Assembly: GCA_964016885.1 (NCBI GenBank)
Contig: OZ024742.1
Location: 10,292,001-10,356,000, forward strand
Length of the DNA: 64,000 nt
From: Eledone cirrhosa
Lineage: Eukaryota
Direction of reading: 5' to 3'
The position numbers and the translations under genes are program-made. The notes beneath the pieces were generated by a model. The model did no database searches, was not told the DNA's origin, and saw only the letters and a program-made list of their open reading frames with translations. Numbering within the stretch: position 1 is the first letter of the stretch; the number at the start of each line of letters is the position of its first letter. Of this stretch, positions 1 to 16,236 are shown piece by piece.

Positions 1-1
1 C

Positions 2-140
2 CATGAAGTCGGCTGGTCTCGCTTGGGGATCCAACCGGATCAGTTGGAAACGGTTGCTTCTGAAAAGACCCGCTGGAAGGAATGTTTGAGGACTCTGACC
101 CCAAGACCATCTCAGGAATAAGTGGGCAAAGAAGAAGAGA
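2..140 (+). mobile_element. 3' end of RTE-clade (Rex3/RTE-X-like) LINE ORF2 plus short tail, cut by the window edge
   Basis: Frame from 2 reads HEVGWSRLGIQPDQLETVASEKTRWKECLRTLTPRPSQE*, stop at 119-121. This resembles the RTE C-terminal pattern W.RLGI.P.EL..VA..R..W..LL..L.PRP. Followed by a GAA-rich tail. Confidence 0.7.
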
Positions 141-1019
141 AAAGATACGATTTATTAATTCGAAATATTTCTGTTTTATTCATCACGGTTTCTCTGATTT
201 ATGGGTTTTTTTCACATCCTGCTAGTGAAATATGTTATACTCTGTTCTACATATGGTGTTTATTAAATGATTATTTTAATATTGTTGCCTGATTTATAAT
301 GAGCAATATCTCACAAGACCTACTTCTACAAAAAGCTGGAATATGCCTGCTCTACACACTTCTAATACAAAACTGTCTTAAGAATTGATTTGTTATTTTT
401 TTTACAGAATACACACAAAATGTAAATATATGCCTTCAGGAGCTCATTTACGACTGTGTATATACGTCTGTGGGTGTATATGTGTATTTAGATTTAAACC
501 TACATACAATGATTTTTTTAGTTTATAATTTTGATGACTTCTTCATTGTGGGTCCCAGAAACTGATCACTGATCTCTGATCAAGATCAGGCGAATTACAA
601 CAACTTGAGTTCAACTCATACACAAGAACTTCAAAATTAGAACTGAGTTTAAACATTTCCTTAAAAGTATTTCAGCCACTATCATCCAAACGTTTCTGTT
701 ATTTACTTTTATCTAAGACACACTTTATCTCAAATTACAATGTCCAATACTAGAATGTAAAGTTCAGATGGTGATACGTCAACCACAATATGTCTTTCAT
801 GCATATCGACAAGAGAAGCCTTGTCTAATCACATATAGACTACCAAAATAAATGGAGCTGATCATACAATTATTTATATTCTATTATAATAGAATACGAT
901 GTCGTAACAAACAGCGTCAAAGATTCACTAAAACATTTAAACACAAGATTAAGGATTTTCGGCAGGTCTAAGAAACGTTTTATTTTCCTTTCGCCCACTG
1001 CCCACACTCCTCTATTTTT

Positions 1020-1170
1020 CTATTTCTTCTTTAATCTATCATTCCATGTTCTGGCGAAGGACTAGCGTCCGAAATTCTAAGGCACTTTTCCTAAACATCA
1101 GGCGTAAAACTAATAATATATTTCTTCATTGCACTGTGTCGTTTGCTTTGTTATTTCTGTTTGCCTTTTG
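1020..1170 (+). mobile_element. Degenerate Penelope-like pLTR remnant, family J
   Basis: ctggcga-a-ggac-tagc-gtcc-gaaa hammerhead-like core. Downstream sequence is similar to copies near 1400, 13790 (-), 26555 and 61555. Confidence 0.5.
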
Positions 1171-1399
1171 TATATATCACACACATGATTACGCACGTAC
1201 ATAAGTATAGCTCTTTTTACAAAACGGTTTTTTCCATTTCAGGTAGACATGCTCGATCATCCACTTTTCTAAAAAAATAAATCATACACAAAACGCCAGC
1301 ACCAACAGTTTTGTAAGAGATGTCAACATGAATGGACCTGTTATTTTTATCTAAAGATATTTTTTCCAATTCCAACCAGCCCGTCCCCTCAATCTATCT

Positions 1400-1530
1400 T
1401 ATTTCTCATTCTTTCTTCTGGTGAAGGAGTAGCGTCCAAAACGTTAAGACCCTCTTCCTGCTATATCAAGCGTTAACCTAATATATCCCTTCCATATACT
1501 GTACCGATTGTGTTGTTATTTATGTTTACC

Positions 1531-1535
<5 letters not shown>
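1400..1535 (+). mobile_element. Degenerate Penelope-like pLTR remnant, family J
   Basis: tctt-ctggtga-aggagtagcgtcc-aaaa-cg-tt-aaga. Downstream ctatatcaagcgtt is shared with the copy at 13790-13960. Ends at (CA)n/(TA)n. Confidence 0.5.
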
Positions 1536-1579
<44 letters not shown>

Positions 1580-1730
1580 ACTACATAAACGGGGAAAGCT
1601 ATTAGCGATACTCCGACCAATTTCCAACTCACTCAACAAATATTAGGAAATACCGGAGTATATTCCCAATTAAACGTTTGGAGTGCTAACTATATTGTAT
1701 TGTGTGGATAATTGGCTGTATTATTTTTGC

Positions 1731-1915
1731 ATTGGCAGTATCGGTAGAGGGTCGGGCGCCATGCTTTGAAGCATAGAGTTACCTCCCTTTATGATCTGAG
1801 TTCAAATCCCGCCGAGATTAACTTTGCCTTTCATCCTTACGGGGTCGATAAAATAAAGTACCAGTAATGCACTGGAATAATTGCTGGCCTTGTGCCAAAA
1901 GTAGAAACAATTATT
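1731..1915 (+). mobile_element. tRNA-derived SINE, near full length (dominant family in window; core resembles the Meta-domain SINE type)
   Basis: A box tggcagtatcgg, B box gagttcaaatcc, core gcctttcatccttacggggtcgataaaataaagtaccag, 3' end ggccttgtgccaaaagtagaaacaattatt. About 20 copies in window. Confidence 0.9.
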
Positions 1916-2379
1916 TTATATGACTATAAGTATGTATACGTACATACATATATGTATACAGACGTACAGACTTATATTTAAGTATCAGCCGTACTAAGAG
2001 TGAGAAATGAAATTTCATTTTTCCCATCTATTTTAAGATATATATATATTGTTTTGCTTTTGTTCGTTTTTATCAGTTAGACACATTGAATGGCAGTGAC
2101 CATGACCTTTGACGGTCGTTTCGAGGTTGAAGGAAGGAATCTTCGGGGCATAGATTTGGTCGAAAGGCTTGCAATAGATTGGAATCGGCTAAAGTTATCC
2201 AACGGTCAATGGTGGTGTTAAAGAAGGCGATGGATTAATTCTACCATCTAAATGAAATTGGTAGACGGACACTGCAGAAACCGCAGGGGCTGACTGTCGA
2301 ATATTTGCTTCCACCTCTGCCTCCCGTTATCTATCGAGTATTTCTTGGATTAGTAGTCTTTCTGGTCTTATCGCCGCAA

Positions 2380-2410
<31 letters not shown>

Positions 2411-2855
2411 GACAGACAGACACACACGCACACACGCACACACACACAGAGAGACACGCACACACACACACACGCACACACACACACACACGCACACACA
2501 CACACATGCACACACACACGCACACACACACGCAGACAAATACACACACACACGCGCACACACCACACACACACACATTCTCTCTTTCTCTGTCTCTCTC
2601 TCTCTCTCTGCGTGTGTGTATGTGTGTTCATGTGTGTGCGTGTATGGATGTGAAGTATTGATAATGCTAAAGACAGACAGGCATGTTGGGGAGTAATTAG
2701 AGAATTTGAGGGTGATTTGGCTGTCATTTCTAGATCTAGAGACCACGGGCGGCGGTTCTTAGTCGGTTCAGAAAAGATCGTTTGATACAGACGTGAGAGA
2801 AGTTACACGGACAGACACACAGTCAGATAGAAATACGCACATACATATATATATA

Positions 2856-3054
2856 TAGGAAAAAGTATGACCCCGACGGCAGAGCTCAAGCCGTTTCGAC
2901 GGCTATTTCTGGACTACTACCAGAAATAGCCGTCGAAACGGCTTGAGCTCTGCCGTCGGCGTCATACTTTTTCCTATTTCCCACTCTACTACTCTAAGTA
3001 TTGAGTACTCTGGTGCGTTATGGTCCATCTGGTTCCTTACCACAATTCTTTTGT

Positions 3055-3055
<1 letters not shown>
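2856..3055 (+). mobile_element. Fold-back TA-flanked element, family B (Penelope-like remnant with 3' half of a hammerhead)
   Basis: 57-bp arms 2856-2912 / 2920-2976 with 1 mismatch. GAAA-cggc-ttgagctct-gccg-TC at 2935-2957. Tail with gagtactc, then (TA)n. Confidence 0.75.
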
Positions 3056-3116
<61 letters not shown>

Positions 3117-3256
3117 AATGGAACAAATGAAATTTCATTTCTCACTCTTAGTACGGCTGATACGGCTGATAAATATACATATCCAGGAGATTCCAACATG
3201 AATGGTTGCATTTTTTGAGGGTATGGCAATATTTATTTATAAACTAACCTATATTA

Positions 3257-3322
3257 TATTTTATCTGATGAAAGCGCACCATAGTTTGCCTTGGTGGCCC
3301 TTGAAATATGTATAATGAAATA
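3257..3322 (+). ncRNA. Minimal type I hammerhead ribozyme, family C (element about 3180-3455)
   Basis: tattttat-CTGATGA(3265)-aagcgcacca...tggtggccctt-GAAA(3303)-tatgta-TA-atgaaata. Stem I pairs over 8 bp with one G-U. gagtgc motif downstream, then (TA)n. Confidence 0.75.
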
Positions 3323-3455
3323 AATATGGTTTTATAAATATAGTTTCCATTTGTTAATATATTGTATATTTACTCCAATAATTTGTTGAGTGCTTTATAT
3401 CAGTTATAAAAATACTTTGCTTGTTGTATCCCAACAAATTAAATATAACCTCTAC

Positions 3456-3508
<53 letters not shown>

Positions 3509-3600
3509 CGCATGTATGTGTGTGTGAGTGCACGCATAAGGATTAATACACGGTGCCACATATAACAAATACACACACACACATATATATAAATGAGATA

Positions 3601-3792
3601 ATAGGAAAATGTTCGGGACCCCGACGACAGAGCTCAAGCCGTTTCGACGGCTATTTCTGGACCCGTCGAAACGGCTTGAGCTCTGCAGTCGGGGTCCTGA
3701 ACATTTTCCTATTACCCACTCTACTACCCAAAGTATCGAGTATTCTGGTGTGTTATGGTCCGCCTGGTTCCTTACCACACTTCCTTCGTTAT
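3601..3792 (+). mobile_element. Fold-back element, family B
   Basis: Inverted arms within about 3601-3711. Tail homologous to 2977-3055. TA-flanked. Confidence 0.75.
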
Positions 3793-4011
3793 ATATGAGA
3801 TAGATAGAGAGAAGGAGGAGGAAGTGTGGATGTATGTATATGTGTGTATGTGAGTGTATATATGTGTGTGTATATTTATGTGTGTTTGTAAGTGTGTGTA
3901 AGATGCGATGTGAAATAATGTAATTTTTCCTTAGCTCAGCCCGTATCAAACAAACAATGATGAACGACCCTCCAGCCGTGGCAGTGCCATATATTTTGTA
4001 AGATATTATTA

Positions 4012-4196
4012 GTGAATTGGCAGTATCGGTAGAAGGTTGGACGCCATGCTTTCCAGCATAGTTACGTCCCTTTACGGTCTGAGTTCAAATCCCTCCGAGG
4101 TTAACTTTGCCTCTCATCCTTACGGGGTCGATAAAATAAAGTACCAGTAATGCACTGATTTGCTGGCCTTGTGCCAATAGTAGAAACAATTATTAT
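4012..4196 (+). mobile_element. tRNA-derived SINE (dominant family)
   Basis: A/B boxes and core as at 1731. Confidence 0.9.
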
Positions 4197-4823
4197 GATG
4201 TGTCTTTTAGATGTGATTAGAGGGAGGTTTGACACTCCATTTTTAGCTGATCGTTCGACCACATAGGGGTGCTCTCGTTGGCTCGCATGAAAGCTGTTTA
4301 AGAGAGGAAAAGAGAATGGAGAGGGTGATGACAGTGAAAGAGTAGGGGGAGCATGAGAGAGAGGGGAAAATAAAAGAGAGGATAAATTTAAGCAGGAGGG
4401 GGTCAAAATATAAGTGATGGGAGAGAGAGAGAGAGAGGGAAAGAGAGAGAGTGAGAGAGAGGGAAAGAGAGAGAGTGAGAGAGATGATAGAAAGAAAGAT
4501 GAAAGGATTGAAAACATTCTGAAGGAATACAGTCTGCGTAAACACACACACACACACACACACACATACGCACGCACACAGGCACACACATACACACACA
4601 CACGAGCACACACACACACGAGAACACACACACACACGCACAGACAGACACATATATGATGGAGAGAAAATAGCAAACTCTAAAACATATACAGAGAGCG
4701 GGGAGGTAAGTGACTTCGAAGTTTTAACTTGATCATTTTATCCACACACACAATACACACACACATTAATGTGTGTGTGTATTGGGTGTGTGGATAAATG
4801 GTTGCACGTTCATCTACACAGAA

Positions 4824-4914
<91 letters not shown>

Positions 4915-4944
4915 TATATTTATATATATATACACGTATATACG

Positions 4945-5123
4945 TTATTCCGGGTTGAATCGGAGGTAACCACAGTAAGTAAGGTACTCAATACATTGCA
5001 GAGTATAAAAGTTTTAATATAGATGAGATTCTACAGGACTAGAACTGTTTCATTCTTTAGAAATCATCATGATTCCTGATGATTTCTAAAGAATGAAACA
5101 GTTCTAGTCCTGTAGAATCTCAT
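4945..5123. mobile_element. Fold-back TA-flanked element, family A, with hammerhead-like fold at 5071-5119 (+)
   Basis: Perfect 47-bp arms 5023-5069 / 5077-5123. gattc-CTGATGA(5076)-tttc taaa gaat-GAAA-cag ttctagtc ctg-TA-gaatc. Confidence 0.75.
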
Positions 5124-5194
5124 ATATATATATATATATATTGCAAATAGTTAGTTGCCGACGTCTGAGCTTTTGCCGTTTCGGTGACGAATGG

Positions 5195-5259
<65 letters not shown>

Positions 5260-5555
5260 CACACACAAACGCACACGCCTCCAACCATAACACTGGCGCA
5301 CATAAACGCATTCTTCCCACCGCACAGAGAGCCACACGCACTCACCATCGACACAAACAAACACATTCACACACACAATTACATACACACACACACACAT
5401 GGGGGGGGGCAGACAGACAGACAGACAGACTGACTGACAAGCAAACAGCCAGTCAGGCAAAGCCAGGCTGAGAGAAGGGGGAGTTTTAGACGGAGATGGA
5501 GGGAAGGAGGAGAGTAAGCAAAGGTAGAGAGAGGCTAGCTGATAGAGAGAGTGGA

Positions 5556-5624
<69 letters not shown>

Positions 5625-6225
5625 CGGAGGCTTACAGAGAGAGAGAGAAAAAGAGAGATACAGAGCAGAGTGATACAGAAAAGAAGGGAGGGAGAAAAAG
5701 CAAGCAGAGAGAAAGAGAGGCAAAGAGAGAGAGAGAGTGGCAGTGAGATAGAAAAATACAGAGAGGGAGGAAGCAAGCAGCGAGAAAGAGAGGTTAGCAG
5801 AGAGAGAGAGATTAAGACGTGATAGCAAGTAGTGTGGCACGAGACACACGGACAGACTGAGAGAGTGAGAGGGAGGAGAGAGGAGAGAGGAAGAGAGAGA
5901 GTGAAAGAGTGACTGCCAAATAGTGGAATAGTTGAAGTAAAACATCAAGAAATTCATGGCAGAAGTAGATTGGATAGAGTGAGTGGCAAGTAGCTGCCCC
6001 AGCACCTCATTGTATACACAACAGAGAACATACAAATAGTATATATGTGTATATGTGTATATAAAGAGAGAGAGAAATATAGATACATAGGTGACAAGCA
6101 TATATATATATCTATATACATCATAGATGTATAATACATTGTAAATTAGAGGTAAACAGACATTATCTCAGTCTCTTCTTTCTTTCCCATGTATTGAAAC
6201 CTTACCTTCTCTTTCTATCTGATTA

Positions 6226-6263
<38 letters not shown>

Positions 6264-6451
6264 GAAAATATATATACATGAAAATATATATATATACATG
6301 AACATATTTATAAATATGTAAAATTATATTTAATTGTAATATGTGATGTATCCAGACGTATACGTAAATATTTATACGTATACGTATATATATTGAAAGG
6401 TACATACACACTCACACACACATACATATATATATACATATACATACATAG

Positions 6452-6484
<33 letters not shown>

Positions 6485-6683
6485 GGAGCAGTCAACAAGA
6501 GAGTGTAAACCATTATAACAGGGTTACAGTCCGTCGGAACATATTTACCATCCAAAGGAACCTGGTTCGGAGACAATTATTGAAAACCACGACATGGTAT
6601 GTTATTTAACAGTTTATATTTGGTTGAAAACTACATACATACATACATACATACATACATACATACATACATACATACATACA

Positions 6684-6719
<36 letters not shown>

Positions 6720-6806
6720 TTATACGGCTGTATATATATGTATCTATACTGGTCTATTTCTGCAGGTGATGTTAGAGCATTTTGTTCCTCCTGCTCCGTG
6801 TATATA

Positions 6807-6846
<40 letters not shown>

Positions 6847-7156
6847 TATATGTAACATTGAGTTATATTTCTATAAATGACTATATATTTACACTTGTAG
6901 TGCTTTCTTTACTATATCGTAGACACGCGTGTGTATACAAATATGCACATACATACATATATACAGCGTACATATATACATACATACATACATCGTACAT
7001 TGATACATATACATCCTATATACACACATACATACATTTAAACATACATAATATATACACATATACATACATGCAAACAGACGTACTTATATGCATATAT
7101 ATATACGTATATACATACATCATATATGCATACATAGATGTGTGTATGTATATGTG

Positions 7157-7199
<43 letters not shown>

Positions 7200-7369
7200 G
7201 TGTGTATGTGTATATATATATGTGTGTGTGTGTGTATGTGTGTGTGTGTATATGCGTGTGTCGTACATTCACCATGTACTTTTGAGTGGTATTAGTGGCA
7301 AGAAGCCGATAACGAAACTAAAATATCTCAAAGATCCGACACAACCTTAGAAACATAATGCATGATATG

Positions 7370-9256
7370 TGTGTGTGTATATATATATATGTATATATTT
7401 ATATATGTATATATATGTATATATTTATATATGTGTATATTTATAGATATGTGTATATTTATATATATGTGTATATTTATATATATATGTATATATATAT
7501 GGATATATTTATATGTATATATTTATATGTATATATTTATATATATATGTGTATATTTATGTATATATTTATATATATATGTGTATATTTATATATATAT
7601 GTATATATATGGATATATTTATATGTATATATTTATATGTATATATTTATATATATATGTGTATATTTATATATATATGTATATATTTATATATATATTT
7701 ATATATATATGTATATATTTATATATATATTTATATATATATGTATATATATGTATATATTTATATGTATATATATGTATATATATGTATATATATTTAT
7801 ATATATATGTATATATATTTATATATATATGTATATATATTTATATATATATGTATATATTTATATATATATGTATATATTTATATATATATGTATATAT
7901 TTATATATATATATGTATATATTTATATATATATATGTATATATTTATATATATATATGTATATATTTATATATATATATGTATATATTTATATATATAT
8001 ATGTATATATTTATATATATATGTATATATTTATATATATATGTATATATTTATATATATATATGTATATATATATATATGTATATATTTATATATATAT
8101 GTATATATATTTATATATGTATATATTTATATATATATGTATATATTTATATATATATGTATATATATTTATATATATATATGTATATATATTTATATAT
8201 ATATATGTATATATTTATATATATATGTATATATTTATATATATATGTATATATTTATATATATATGTATATATATTTATGTATATATTTATGTATATAT
8301 TTATATATATATGTATATATTTATATATATATGTGTATATATTTATATATATATGTAATATATATTTATATATATATGGATATATACATGTATATATATG
8401 GATATATACATACATGTATATATATATATATGGATATATACATACATGTATATATGTATATATACATACATGTATATATATGTATATATACATACATGTA
8501 TATATGTATATATACATACATGTATATATATGTATATATACATACATGTATATATATATGTATATATACATACATGTATGTATATGTATATATACATACA
8601 TGTATATATATGTATATATACATACATGTATATATATGTATATTTACATATATATACATGTATATTTATGTATATATACATGTATATATATGTATATATA
8701 CATGTATATATGTATATATACATGTATATATATATACATACATATATATACACGTATATATATATATATACATACATATATATACACGTATATATATATA
8801 TATATATACATACATATATATACATGTATATATATATATATATATATACATACATATATATACATGTATATATATATATATACATACATATATTTACATG
8901 TATATATATATACATACATATATATATACATGTATATACATACATATATATATACATGTATATATATATATATATACATACATATATATGCATACATATA
9001 TATACATGTATATATATATATAGATGTATATGTATATAACATATACATACATGTATATATACATACATATAACATATATATATATACATACATATATAAA
9101 TGTATATATATATATTTATACATACATATACATGTATATATATATATTTACACATACATATACATGTATATATATATATTTATACATACATACATACATA
9201 TACATGTATGTATATATATACATATATATTTATACATACATACATATACATATATA
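7370..9256. repeat. Large compound (TA)n-derived microsatellite (tatattta, tacatgta, tacataca variants)
   Basis: Direct inspection. Source of spurious YI-rich ORFs. Confidence 0.95.
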
Positions 9257-9258
9257 AT

Positions 9259-9589
9259 GGAGGCACATGGCTTAGTGGTTAGAGCATTGGCCTGGCAATC
9301 GAAAGGTTGTGAGTTCAATTCTCAGACCGGGTGATGTGTTGTTTCCTTGAGCAAGACACTTTATTTCACATTGCTCCAGTTTACTCAGCTGTAGAAATGA
9401 CATGATAGGACTGGGGTCCCTATCATTCCACTGCAAAGTGGTTGTGGAGGTGCCACGGCAAAAAAGCACCCAGCACTCACTGTAAATGAGGTTGGTGTTA
9501 GGAAGTGTATCCAGCTGTAGAAATCAAGCCAGAATCAGTTCCCGTCCCACCCTGGCAAGCAGGGAAAAGCGGACATAAAATGAAATGAT
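9259..9589 (+). mobile_element. tRNA-derived CORE-type SINE with RTE-derived 3' tail
   Basis: A box tggcttagtgg, B box gagttcaattc, CORE-like ccttgagcaagacactttatttcac...cagctgtagaaatga. Tail is homologous to the RTE 3' UTR at 54865-55012 (-). Confidence 0.85.
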
Positions 9590-11230
<1,641 letters not shown>

Positions 11231-11475
11231 TACATGTGTGCAGTCTTGATAGATGTGTTATGCACACAGACGTATTGTGCAGATGGTCTGATACAGATAG
11301 GAGTGGATGAAGATATACCATTAGTACACACACACATACATACAGACTGACACACACACAGATACACACACACACTCCTAAACAGGCGCATACTCTCACA
11401 CAGAGACACTCTTACACATCCATGTAATTATTTTGGTTGCAAAAACACATAAACACTCTTACGAGTTAAGACTTC

Positions 11476-11540
<65 letters not shown>

Positions 11541-11561
11541 GAAAGGTATATATATATATAT

Positions 11562-11708
11562 AGTAGTAATAATAAATGGGAAGACTTAAATCCAAAGAGG
11601 GCTCGATAAGGACAAATATATATCAAATATATAAGAACCGTAGAGCAAATATTTATTAAAATAACAGATTCTTTGCTTAAACTTTAATCTGTTATTTTAA
11701 TAAATATA
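11562..11708. mobile_element. TA-flanked element family F with short fold-back (other copies 57211-57357, 57485-57582, 61926-62006)
   Basis: Shared taataataaatgtgaagactaaaatccaaagagggctcgataagg. Arms atatttattaaaataacagatt / aatctgttattttaataaatat. Confidence 0.65.
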
Positions 11709-11714
11709 TATATA

Positions 11715-11792
<78 letters not shown>

Positions 11793-11959
11793 GCCGAATA
11801 ACAAAGTGTAATGAACTTGCTTCGGGAAAGTATAGGCCAGCTAGCCATGTATTTTACACACTATAATATAGTATATATAAACATATGTGTGTGTGTGTTA
11901 TCAAATATCCCAAGTATATCACACCAGTTTTAAGATGTGTGTGCGTGTGTATGTATATA

Positions 11960-12410
11960 TGTGTATGGATGTGTGTATGTATATATGTGTATGGATCTGT
12001 GTATGTATGTGTATGGATGTGAGTATGTATATGTGTATAGATGTGAGTATGTATATGTGTATAGATGTGAGTATGTATATGTGTATGGATGTGTGTATTT
12101 ATGTGTATGGATGTGTGTATTTATGTGTATGGATGTGTGTATTTATGTGTATGGATGTGTGTATGTATATATGTGTATGGATGTGTGTATGTATATACAT
12201 GTGTATGGATGTGTGTATGTATATATATGTGTATAGATGTGAGTATGTATATATGTGTATAGATGTGAGTATGTATATATGTGTATAGATGTGAGTATGT
12301 ATATATGTGTATAGATGTGAGTATGTATATATGTGTATAGATGTGAGTATGTATATATGTGTATGGATGTGAGTATGTATATATGTGTATGGATGTATGT
12401 ATATATGTTT
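11960..12410. repeat. Minisatellite of about 22-26 bp (atgtgtatagatgtgagtatgtat)
   Basis: Direct inspection. Confidence 0.85.
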
Positions 12411-12532
12411 ATGGATGAATGACTTCGAATTTTGGACCCAGGATCGTCTTGATTGGCACTCATCAACAATTCTTATAAACACAGACCTTCATACGTAATG
12501 TATTGACAGAGAGAGAGAGAGAGGGAGAGAGA

Positions 12533-12630
<98 letters not shown>

Positions 12631-13039
12631 ATATAAAATTTCGTTGTGCATTTTGTAATCTAACGTGTGTCATTATATACATTGTTAAATCTGTATTCAT
12701 ATATATGCATACACATTTAAATTTAAATATGTACATCAGTGTATGTGTGTGTATAAGTTTTACACGCACACAGTTAGATATACCGACACATACACGCACC
12801 CTCACACACACACATACATGTGCTCACACACATACATTACTTATATGTATATCGATCGAATCATACGGTTATTTTCATTAATACTATAAAGTATTATAAA
12901 GTGTTCTCATATTCACAATGATACATGTACACATACATGCATACATACACACACATACACACACACACGCACACACACACACACACATACACACACACAC
13001 ACACACATACATACATACATACATACATACATACATACA

Positions 13040-13071
<32 letters not shown>

Positions 13072-13175
13072 CATACATACACACACGCACATACATACAT
13101 ACACACATACACATACATACACACACATATACATACATACACGCTCACATCCATACATACATACATACATATACA

Positions 13176-13217
<42 letters not shown>

Positions 13218-13219
<2 letters not shown>

Positions 13220-13337
13220 CGAAGGAGTTGTGGTAAGGAACCAGATGGGGCATAACGCACCAGAGTACTCAATACTACAGTCCAGAAATAGCCGTCGAAA
13301 CCGCTTGAGCTCTACCATCGGGGTCATACATTTTCAT
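13218..13337. mobile_element. Family B element (inverted tail joined to GAAA...TC half)
   Basis: Reverse complement of the family B tail, then agtccagaaatagccgtcgaaaccgcttgagctctaccatcgggg. TA-flanked. Confidence 0.7.
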
Positions 13338-13789
13338 ATATATATATATATATACATATGTGAACCCCTAAATCTCCACCATGCAAATACAATCTATCAG
13401 GAAAACAGGAAACAGCTCTTAGCTGCTTTTGGAGTCGTAGGAGCGCCTTAATGAAACACGGCAGGTTTCGTACATTTTAAACTGGCAGAGCCCATTCCCC
13501 GTCCAAGGTAGAACATATCCCATTTCTTCCAGAGAAGGATAGAGAGAACAATAGAAAAGAAACGAGAAATATAAAGTATGAATCGACCCAGTATTGGACT
13601 GGTACTTTACCTATCGACCTATAAATGATGAAATACAAAGTTAAGCTCAGATCAGAGAGAGCCGGCTGAAACGCCTTAAGGACTGTTACACGCCATAGTT
13701 GGATGGTTCACAACTGTTGTTCTTTATAAAATCTGTGTGATATTGTAAGAAAGGTAACATTATATATACTCATGTATATATATGTATGC

Positions 13790-13960
13790 TAAAAATGAGT
13801 GGAAACAACAAAGCATACAACAGAGTACAATGTAAAGATATATTAGATCAACGCTTGATATAGTGGGTAAAGGGATTTTGCGTTTCGGACACTAGTCCTT
13901 CATCAGAAGATAGAATGATAAATAACAGCTGAAATAGAAAGATAGAAACTGAGAAGAGGA
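13790..13960 (-). mobile_element. Family J pLTR remnant with intact hammerhead core boxes
   Basis: Minus strand tctt-CTGATGA-a-ggac tagt gtcc-GAAA-cgc at + coordinates 13880-13910. Confidence 0.6.
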
Positions 13961-14005
13961 AGGAACAGGAAAATGTTTTGAGAAAAAGCACGTGTATATT
14001 CGTTC

Positions 14006-14084
<79 letters not shown>

Positions 14085-14096
14085 TATATGATGATG

Positions 14097-14370
14097 GGAG
14101 TGGCCGAATAGTTAAGTCCATTTCGCGATCATGAAGTCCTGGGTTTGATCTCAATGCGTCACATCTTAAGCAAGTGTTTCTCTCTAGCCATGGGTCAACA
14201 CAAGCATCGTGACGGAAGTTCGGTTTTGCTGACCTTAATTCAAGGGGCCATCCTTGTCATACCCAGTGCCATGCTGGATCTCCCTGAGAACGACATTAAG
14301 GGTACACATCCTTGTGGAAGTATGCTCAGTCACTTGCATGTAAATTTCATGAGCAGATTGTTCCATTGAC
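14097..14370 (+). mobile_element. Degenerate tRNA-derived SINE
   Basis: tggccgaatagttaag A-box-like, gggtttgatctc B-box-like, cttaagcaagtg CORE-like. A related copy lies on - at about 62660-62930. Confidence 0.55.
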
Positions 14371-15624
14371 CGCGCTCACATACATACACACACACAAACA
14401 CACACACACAAACACACATACACACACAAACAGACATACATTTGTGTGTGTATAAAAGTATCTATCCCTATATACGTTCTAAATACATAAATGCATGCAC
14501 ACATACATACACGAACACACCCATACATAATACATTCATAAATGTATATATGCATACATATATGCATACATACATACATACATACACACATACATACATA
14601 CATACATACATACATACTTATATAAATGCATAGATACATACATAAATGCATGCTTACATACATACATATATACATACATACATATATGCATTCATTCATT
14701 CATACATACATATATGCATTCATACATACATATATGCATACATATATACATACATGCTTACATATATATATCATGTATACAAACATGCACATATCATGTA
14801 TACATAGAAATATGTATGTATACCTACATACATAAATGCATGCTTACAGACATGACGTATACATACATATATAAATGCTTACATACAGACATGACGTATA
14901 CATACATATATAAATGCTTACATACATACATGACGTATAATACATACATATATAAATGCCTACATACATACATCAAGTATACATACATATATAAATGCTT
15001 ACATACATGCATCCAAATCTGTATATACACATCAAGTATACATACATATATAAATGCTTACATACATACATGCATACAAATCTGTATATACACATCAAGT
15101 ATACATACATATATAAATGCTTACATACATGCATCCAAATCTGTATATACACATCAAGTATACATACATATATAAATGCTTACATACATACATGCATACA
15201 AATCTGTATATACACATCAATTATAAAGACATATAAAAATGCTTACACACATACATCCATACAAATCAGTATACATACATACATGCCTACATACATACAT
15301 CCATACCAAGCCGTATATATATCAACACACACACACAGTATCACGAGGGACTCTATATAATGTATCGATCGACCAGTTAGAAATAACAGTCAAATTCTCT
15401 AAAATCACCTCCTAACCTTTTAAATATGTCGTCCTAAATATACAACTAGGTAGGATGGTCATGGCTGGAATTCCTTCCAACATATGAGTATTTGGGTCTC
15501 TCTGACCTAGGGTTAAACAACAACAACAAACATTACTATTGAGTCACGTGTATACTATGGTATGTATAACATGTAATAGTGTTTGTTATACGCATAACCA
15601 ACAGTGTGTCGAACAGACTAGTTA

Positions 15625-15880
15625 TATATAGCTCTGTATATTTCATAGTATAGAGTCAGAGTATATATAACGGTTATGTATGTATAAAGAGGTGTGTATA
15701 TAGAGATGTGTATATATTATATATAGCTCCGTATATTTCATATTATAGTGTCAGAGTATATATATAACGGTTATGTATGTATATAGAGGTGTGTGTATAG
15801 AGATGTGTATATATTATATATAGCTCCGTATATTGCATAGTATAGTGTCAGAGTACTGTATATAACGGTTATGTGTGTAT
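15625..15880. repeat. Tandem repeat of about 95-97 bp, about 2.7 copies
   Basis: gctc(c/t)gtata recurs at about 15631, 15726 and 15823. Confidence 0.8.
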
Positions 15881-15903
15881 ATATACATATAAATATCCAT
15901 ACG

Positions 15904-15934
<31 letters not shown>

Positions 15935-15963
15935 AACGAGTTTGTACCTAAGTATATATATGT

Positions 15964-16092
15964 AGATTCCCGTGTTATGTCGGGGGTAACCACAGTTAGA
16001 AAATTATTCAATACACTGGTAGAATATCGGTATGTCTATTACATCCTGTTGATTTCATACAGATGAAACAGTTCTAGTCCTGTAGAAGTCTT

Positions 16093-16097
<5 letters not shown>
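15964..16097. mobile_element. Family A element
   Basis: ggtaaccacagt...ctgttgatttcatacagatgaaacagttctagtcctgtagaag. TA-flanked. Confidence 0.7.
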
Positions 16098-16140
<43 letters not shown>

Positions 16141-16158
16141 CATGGGAATAGCCTAATG

Positions 16159-16161
<3 letters not shown>

Positions 16162-16236
<75 letters not shown>

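Noticed and set aside
2090-2221. Short ORF MAVTMTFDGRF... and DR1-like tgacctttgac motif
   Set aside because: Only 43 codons with no recognisable homology. A single motif match is expected by chance.
6482-6800. Short inverted ends cacggagcag / ctgctccgtg around a TACA array
   Set aside because: Only about 10 bp of match, no second copy and no TSD distinguishable from the microsatellite.
9259-9335. tRNA gene
   Set aside because: A/B boxes are present but there is no full cloverleaf and the sequence runs into a SINE body. The same applies to the other SINE heads.
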